This document shows positions 59,543 through 64,000 of a stretch of 64,000 nucleotides of DNA, piece after piece. Source of the DNA: an uncultured delta proteobacterium (GTDB lineage: Bacteria > Desulfobacterota > RBG-13-43-22); assembly GCA_963743305.1 (NCBI GenBank), contig CAVUPH010000016.1, positions 32,001 through 96,000 on the forward strand, read 5' to 3'. Within the stretch, counting starts at the first letter, position 1; each line of letters starts with the position of its first letter. The position numbers were made by a program, and so were the translations under genes. A model generated the notes under the pieces. It did no database searches. It was given only the letters and a program-made list of their open reading frames with translations, and was not told the DNA's origin.

Positions 59543-59970
59543 AACGATTCTCCTTTGAGAACTGTTTTTTTGTTCTCTCCCGGGTTATTCTTCTCTTCTT
59601 TGAGAAGCAATAGCCATGCATTGAGGTTACGGGCTCAATGCTCGGAGTTTAACGCAGAGACGCTTGGCCTAACTTCTTAGTTTCTTTATAGATTGTAATG
59701 TTTTGAGGCGTCAATAGAAAAACAACAATTATCAAATGGACTTTCTTTCTTATCAAGAAATAGAAGTTTGAGGATACCAGGAAGCACTAAATTTTCAAGC
59801 TCAAAAGATTCTTCCCTTCCGAATTCAGCGATTATACTTGATCGGTATTACTCCTATCGCCTAAGACGCCGTGAAGTTTCAATGGATAGCCTGCCTGCTA
59901 TAAGGTCTTTTCCTGGCCCTCCCATGAGTCTTGGAAATAGCGAATCGGAGTCCTTCTCAAAGTTTGAGGT

Positions 59971-61542
59971 TTAGAGAGGAATATTTCCATGCCGCCGAAA
60001 GGGGGCCGGTCTTTTTTTGTTCCGCAGCATACGCAGGGCCTTGATCAACTGAGGCCGGGTTTCGCTCGGCTTGATGACCTGGTCTACCAGCATGTTGGAA
60101 GCCGCATGAAAGGGATTTGAAAACTTGTAGTCGTATTGATCGATCTTTTCCTGCCGGAAGGCCGGGGCATCCTCGGCCTTGGCGATCTCCTGGCGGAAGA
60201 TCAGGTCCACCGCCGTGGCCGTATCCAGCACCACCAGTTGGGCAATGGGCCAGGCCAGCATGAGATCCACTCCCATGCCGACGCAGCACATGGCCATGAC
60301 GGCGCCCCCGTACTCTTTTCTCAGGGCCAGGGTGATTTTGGGGACCGTGGCTTCGGCATAGGCATAGAGCATCTTGGCCCCGTGGCGGATGATGCCCGAG
60401 TGTTCCTGCTTAACCCCGGGGAGGTAGCCGGGAACATCCACAAAATTGAGGAGAGGAATATTGAAGGAATCGCAGAAGCGAATAAAACGGGCCGCCTTGT
60501 CGGCCGAGTCCGAGTCCAGGCTTCCGGCCCAGATCTTGGGCTGGTTGGCCACGATGCCTACCGTCCGACCTTCCATTCGCCCGAAGCCGACGATAATATT
60601 TTTGGCGAATTTGGGTAGGATCTCGAAGAAATCGTTGTGGTCCACTATCCGGAGAACCACCTCCCGCATGTCGTAAGCCTTTCGAAAGTCGGCCGGGACG
60701 ATTTGTTCCAGGGTCTCATCGGTTCTTTCCGGGTCATCCGTGCATTCCCGCACCGGGGCTTCCGTTTCATGGCTGGATGGAAGATAGCCCAGTAATTTTT
60801 TTATCAGTTGGAGGCAATCTTCATCGTTCTTGGCCACAAAATGGGCGGTACCGGTGACCTGGCTGTGCACCTTGGATCCCCCTAATTCCTCCATGGATAC
60901 TTCCTCTCCGGTCACCGATTTGATCACCGCCGGCCCGGTGATGATCATGTGGCCGGTCTTCTCGACCATGATGATGAAATCCGTGATGGCCGGGGAATAG
61001 ACGGCCACACCGGCGCAGCTCCCCATGATGGCGGAGATCTGGGGAATAACTCCCGAGGCGGCGGTGTTGCGAAAAAACATGCCCGCCACGCTTTTGGAGG
61101 CAAAAAAACCTTCGTTCAATCGACCCCCGCCGGAATCGTTCAAACCCACCAGGGGGGCTTTGACTTTCAGGGCCTCCTCCATGATGCGGCAGATCTTTTC
61201 GCCGTGGATGGCGCCCACCGACCCGCCCAAGACCGTGGCGTCCTGGGCATAGGCAAAGGTCAGACGTCCGTCGACGTTACCGTAACCGATGACCACGCCG
61301 TCGCCCGGGACTTTCTTTTCCTGCATGCCGAAATCGCGCGACTGGGTTTCCGCCAGCCCGTTCATCTCCACGAAGCTTCCCGGATCGAACAGGAGTTCCA
61401 ATCGTTCCCGGGCCGTCAATTTGCCCTGGGCGTGACGTTTTTCTATGGCCTTGTTCCCGCCGCCCAGGCGGGCTTTTTCCTGTAGCCGCTCCAGTCGTTC
61501 CAGTTCGCTCCGGTGTGATTTCTCCACGTGGTATCTCCTCAT
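59971..61542 (-). CDS. Propionyl-CoA carboxylase beta / methylmalonyl-CoA carboxyltransferase subunit
   Basis: GKLTARERL, NDSGGGR, SGVIPQIS, DVPGYLPG, GIIRHGAK, RHGNIPL. Confidence 0.93.
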   Translation of the reverse strand: MRRYHVEKSHRSELERLERLQEKARLGGGNKAIEKRHAQGKLTARERLELLFDPGSFVEMNGLAETQSRDFGMQEKKVPGDGVVIGYGNVDGRLTFAYAQDATVLGGSVGAIHGEKICRIMEEALKVKAPLVGLNDSGGGRLNEGFFASKSVAGMFFRNTAASGVIPQISAIMGSCAGVAVYSPAITDFIIMVEKTGHMIITGPAVIKSVTGEEVSMEELGGSKVHSQVTGTAHFVAKNDEDCLQLIKKLLGYLPSSHETEAPVRECTDDPERTDETLEQIVPADFRKAYDMREVVLRIVDHNDFFEILPKFAKNIIVGFGRMEGRTVGIVANQPKIWAGSLDSDSADKAARFIRFCDSFNIPLLNFVDVPGYLPGVKQEHSGIIRHGAKMLYAYAEATVPKITLALRKEYGGAVMAMCCVGMGVDLMLAWPIAQLVVLDTATAVDLIFRQEIAKAEDAPAFRQEKIDQYDYKFSNPFHAASNMLVDQVIKPSETRPQLIKALRMLRNKKRPAPFRRHGNIPL

Positions 61543-61742
61543 TTTTACTTGGAATATGCTTCCATAAGGCCAGAGTATAGAGAAAGGGGCGAAGAGGAGT
61601 CAAGGGCAAAATGGGAGAGGGAGGCTGGAGGTAGTCCGTCTTCCGTCTAAACAACGCTTGTTTATGCGATTGACTTTCTCCCTCTATTTTTACTATCTTA
61701 GAATTTTAAACTATTCTCTGAAAAAAAGGAAAGGGTACGGTT

Positions 61743-62888
61743 ATGGATTTTGAATTTACGGAAGAGCAGAACGAATTCCGGAGACAGATCGCCCGGTTTG
61801 TCGATGAACGGGTGATTCCGCGAGCGGAAGCCTATGACCAAAGCGGGGAATTCCCTCGAGACATTATGCTGGAATTAGGTGAATTGGGCTATCTGGGGAT
61901 CAAATATCCGGAAGCCTATGGCGGCTCCGGCCTGGAGGAACCCCATGTTTATCATACCATATTCTGTGAAGAGCTGGCCCGGGGGTCACTGGGCATCGCG
62001 GCCGGCATCGCCATGCAAACCTCCACCGCCACCTACGGGGTCAATAAATGGGGGACCGAAGAACTGAAACAGAAATACCTGGTCCCCGCCCTGCAGGGGA
62101 AAATGATCGCCGCCTTCGGTCTGACCGAACCCAACGCCGGTTCGGATGCGGCCGCGATCCGAACCAAAGCCGAACGCGACGGCGATCACTACATTCTCAA
62201 TGGGACCAAAATATTCACCACCAATGGAACGGTGGCCTCCTTCATAACCATTGCGGCCCGGACCACTCCGGGAAAGGGCTTTAAAGGAATCTCCCTTTTT
62301 TTGTTGGATACGAGCACTCCGGGGTTTTCCGTGGGCCGAAAATTGGAAAAATTCACTATTCATTGTTCCGATACCGCGGAGCTGGTGCTGGACAACGTGC
62401 GCATTCCGGCGGAGTGCCTGTTGGGCGAAGAGGATATGGGTTTGCTTAATATCAACCAATCCTTGGTGGACGATCGGGTCATGACCGCCGGCCTGTCTTT
62501 GGGGGTGGCCCGGGCCGCCTACCAGGCGGCGCTCAAATACGCTCAGGAACGGGAACAATTCGGTAAAACCATCGGTAGTTTTCAAGCCGTTCGCTTTCGT
62601 CTGGTGGATATGCTGGCCCGTTTGAAGACGGCTGAATTGATTACCTACTATGCGGCCTGGAAGGCGGATCGAGGCGACAAAATTATCCAAGAGGCCGCCC
62701 TGGCCAAACTGATAGCCTCGGAAGCGGCCAACTATATCTGCCGAAAAGCCCTCTCCGTCTTCGGGGGGTATGGGCTGATGATGGAATACCCGGCGCAGCG
62801 TTTTCTGCGGGATTCTTTTTTCCCGCTGGTAGGCGGAGGCACCTCCGATATCATGAAGGTGGTGATTTCGAAGGAAATGGGGCTATAA
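61743..62888 (+). CDS. Acyl-CoA dehydrogenase
   Basis: FGLTEPNAGSD, NGTKIFTTNG, FGGYG, VGGGTSD. Confidence 0.94.
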   Translation: MDFEFTEEQNEFRRQIARFVDERVIPRAEAYDQSGEFPRDIMLELGELGYLGIKYPEAYGGSGLEEPHVYHTIFCEELARGSLGIAAGIAMQTSTATYGVNKWGTEELKQKYLVPALQGKMIAAFGLTEPNAGSDAAAIRTKAERDGDHYILNGTKIFTTNGTVASFITIAARTTPGKGFKGISLFLLDTSTPGFSVGRKLEKFTIHCSDTAELVLDNVRIPAECLLGEEDMGLLNINQSLVDDRVMTAGLSLGVARAAYQAALKYAQEREQFGKTIGSFQAVRFRLVDMLARLKTAELITYYAAWKADRGDKIIQEAALAKLIASEAANYICRKALSVFGGYGLMMEYPAQRFLRDSFFPLVGGGTSDIMKVVISKEMGL

Positions 62889-62935
62889 TCCTCAAAGGAG
62901 GGCGTTCCATTAAAACGATTCTGACGGCCGCCCTG

Positions 62936-63649
62936 TTGGTCGGTCTTTTTCTATTGACTCCAGGGGGCGGTTTGTCCTCGCTCTGGGCTATGGGCGGTAA
63001 ACCACAGGCCCCTCCGGTTCCGGTCTCCAGGAAAAAGGAGGTCAGCGCGCCCGCACCCTCCGTTCCGGAAACCATCCTAGTCAGCCTTCCGGTGGGGACC
63101 CCGCTTCGAGTCCAGCTTAATCAGACCCTCCGGGTCTCCCTCCTCCGGGTCGGATCTGCGTTTTCCGGCACGCTCAAGGAACCCCTGGCGGTGGGCGGAC
63201 AGGTGATCGTCCCCCGAGGATCGTTTCTGGAGGGCTTCGTTTCCAAGGCGGTCCCGAAGAACCGCTTCTGGGGAGGAGGTTTATTGGAACTGAAACTGAC
63301 TCGACTGGTTCTGCCGGACCGAAAGGGTTATTTCATTAGCACGGAACCGTTCATCAAGGCCGGGAAATCCAGCCTCTTTCGAAACCTCAGCCTGATCGCC
63401 GGAGGCGGGATTGTGGGGGTTGGACTGGGTTCCCTTCTGGGACAAACGGCCGGGACTCTGATCGGAATGGGGATCGGGGGCGGTACCGGAGGGATTTTAG
63501 CCTGGGTCACCGGCCAATCCGATATTACCTTGCCCGCCGAGTCGGAGGCGGTGTTTATCTTATCAATCCCCGTACCCATCGGTAAGGGTGCCATCGGGAG
63601 TTTTTTTAGGCTACCACGTTATACTTCTTCATTTTTTTCCAGAGGGTGA
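62936..63649 (+). CDS. Hypothetical exported protein with a glycine-zipper C-terminus
   Basis: LPVGT.LRV.L..G..F.G.L..P beta-rich domain followed by GGGIVGVGLG..GMGIGGGTG; start uncertain. Confidence 0.6.
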   Translation: MVGLFLLTPGGGLSSLWAMGGKPQAPPVPVSRKKEVSAPAPSVPETILVSLPVGTPLRVQLNQTLRVSLLRVGSAFSGTLKEPLAVGGQVIVPRGSFLEGFVSKAVPKNRFWGGGLLELKLTRLVLPDRKGYFISTEPFIKAGKSSLFRNLSLIAGGGIVGVGLGSLLGQTAGTLIGMGIGGGTGGILAWVTGQSDITLPAESEAVFILSIPVPIGKGAIGSFFRLPRYTSSFFSRG

Positions 63650-64000
63650 CCCGGCTCAGGCCCAGTCGCCGGGCGGCCTCGGCTTTTTTCCCCTGGGACT
63701 GTTCCAGGGCCAGCAGGATTTTTTCCAGCTCTCCCGGGCCCCGTGGTCTTTCCCCCTTCGGCTTTTCGCCTTGGTATTTTCGGGGTCGTTCATGGATCAT
63801 GTACCCGGGCAGGTGTTCGCTGCGAATCCATTTTTCCTTGCAGACCACAAAGGCATACTCCAGCACGTTGATCAGTTCCCGGATATTCCCGGGCCAGTGA
63901 TAATTCATCAAGTGGTCCATGGCCTCCGGGCTTAACCCCTGTATATTTTTCAATCCCCGGAGGCGGATTTTAACCATAACCGATTCGGTCAAGAGGGGGA
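63606..64000 (-). CDS. Sigma54-dependent (Fis-type) activator, C-terminal part; truncated by the window edge
   Basis: YHWPGNIRELINVLE and KAEAARRLGLSRVTLWKK HTH. Confidence 0.9.
   Translation of the reverse strand, partial: PLLTESVMVKIRLRGLKNIQGLSPEAMDHLMNYHWPGNIRELINVLEYAFVVCKEKWIRSEHLPGYMIHERPRKYQGEKPKGERPRGPGELEKILLALEQSQGKKAEAARRLGLSRVTLWKKMKKYNVVA

Noticed and set aside
1-64000. CRISPR array, rRNA or tRNA genes
   Set aside because: No regularly spaced repeat-spacer series and no rRNA or cloverleaf sequence seen; the repeats are palindromic or short tandem types.

Overview
A 64 kb stretch of a GC-rich anaerobic bacterium; gene content suggests Desulfobacterota (inference). Many genes carry 1-2 nt indels, which look like long-read assembly errors. 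0-7 kb: dedA, ftsH, an orphan histidine kinase and a MacAB-type exporter. 7-18 kb: an accessory zone with cinA, secreted proteins, a ~1,130-aa frameshifted secreted protein and several dispersed structured repeats. 18-53 kb: a ~35 kb co-oriented catabolic supercluster with a TetR regulator, 6 acyl-CoA dehydrogenases (one AtuD-like), 2 biotin-dependent carboxylase systems, FadN/FadA, BKACE, a CoA ligase, AOR, an Fe-ADH, SCP2 proteins and a RetSat/CrtI-like oxidoreductase. It suggests anaerobic degradation of methyl-branched or isoprenoid lipids. 53-64 kb: a second AOR with moaD, surface proteins, PccB, another acyl-CoA dehydrogenase and a partial sigma54 activator. The three most striking unexplained signals are: (1) a short Y-[LF]-P-[LV]-I-[LF]-[KR] tag shared by three unrelated secreted proteins at N-terminal, internal and C-terminal positions; (2) a ~270-310 nt multi-hairpin element present twice with covarying base pairs; (3) a tandem pair of carboxyltransferases with complementary motif degeneration next to a BKACE gene. 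No rRNA, tRNA or CRISPR array was seen.
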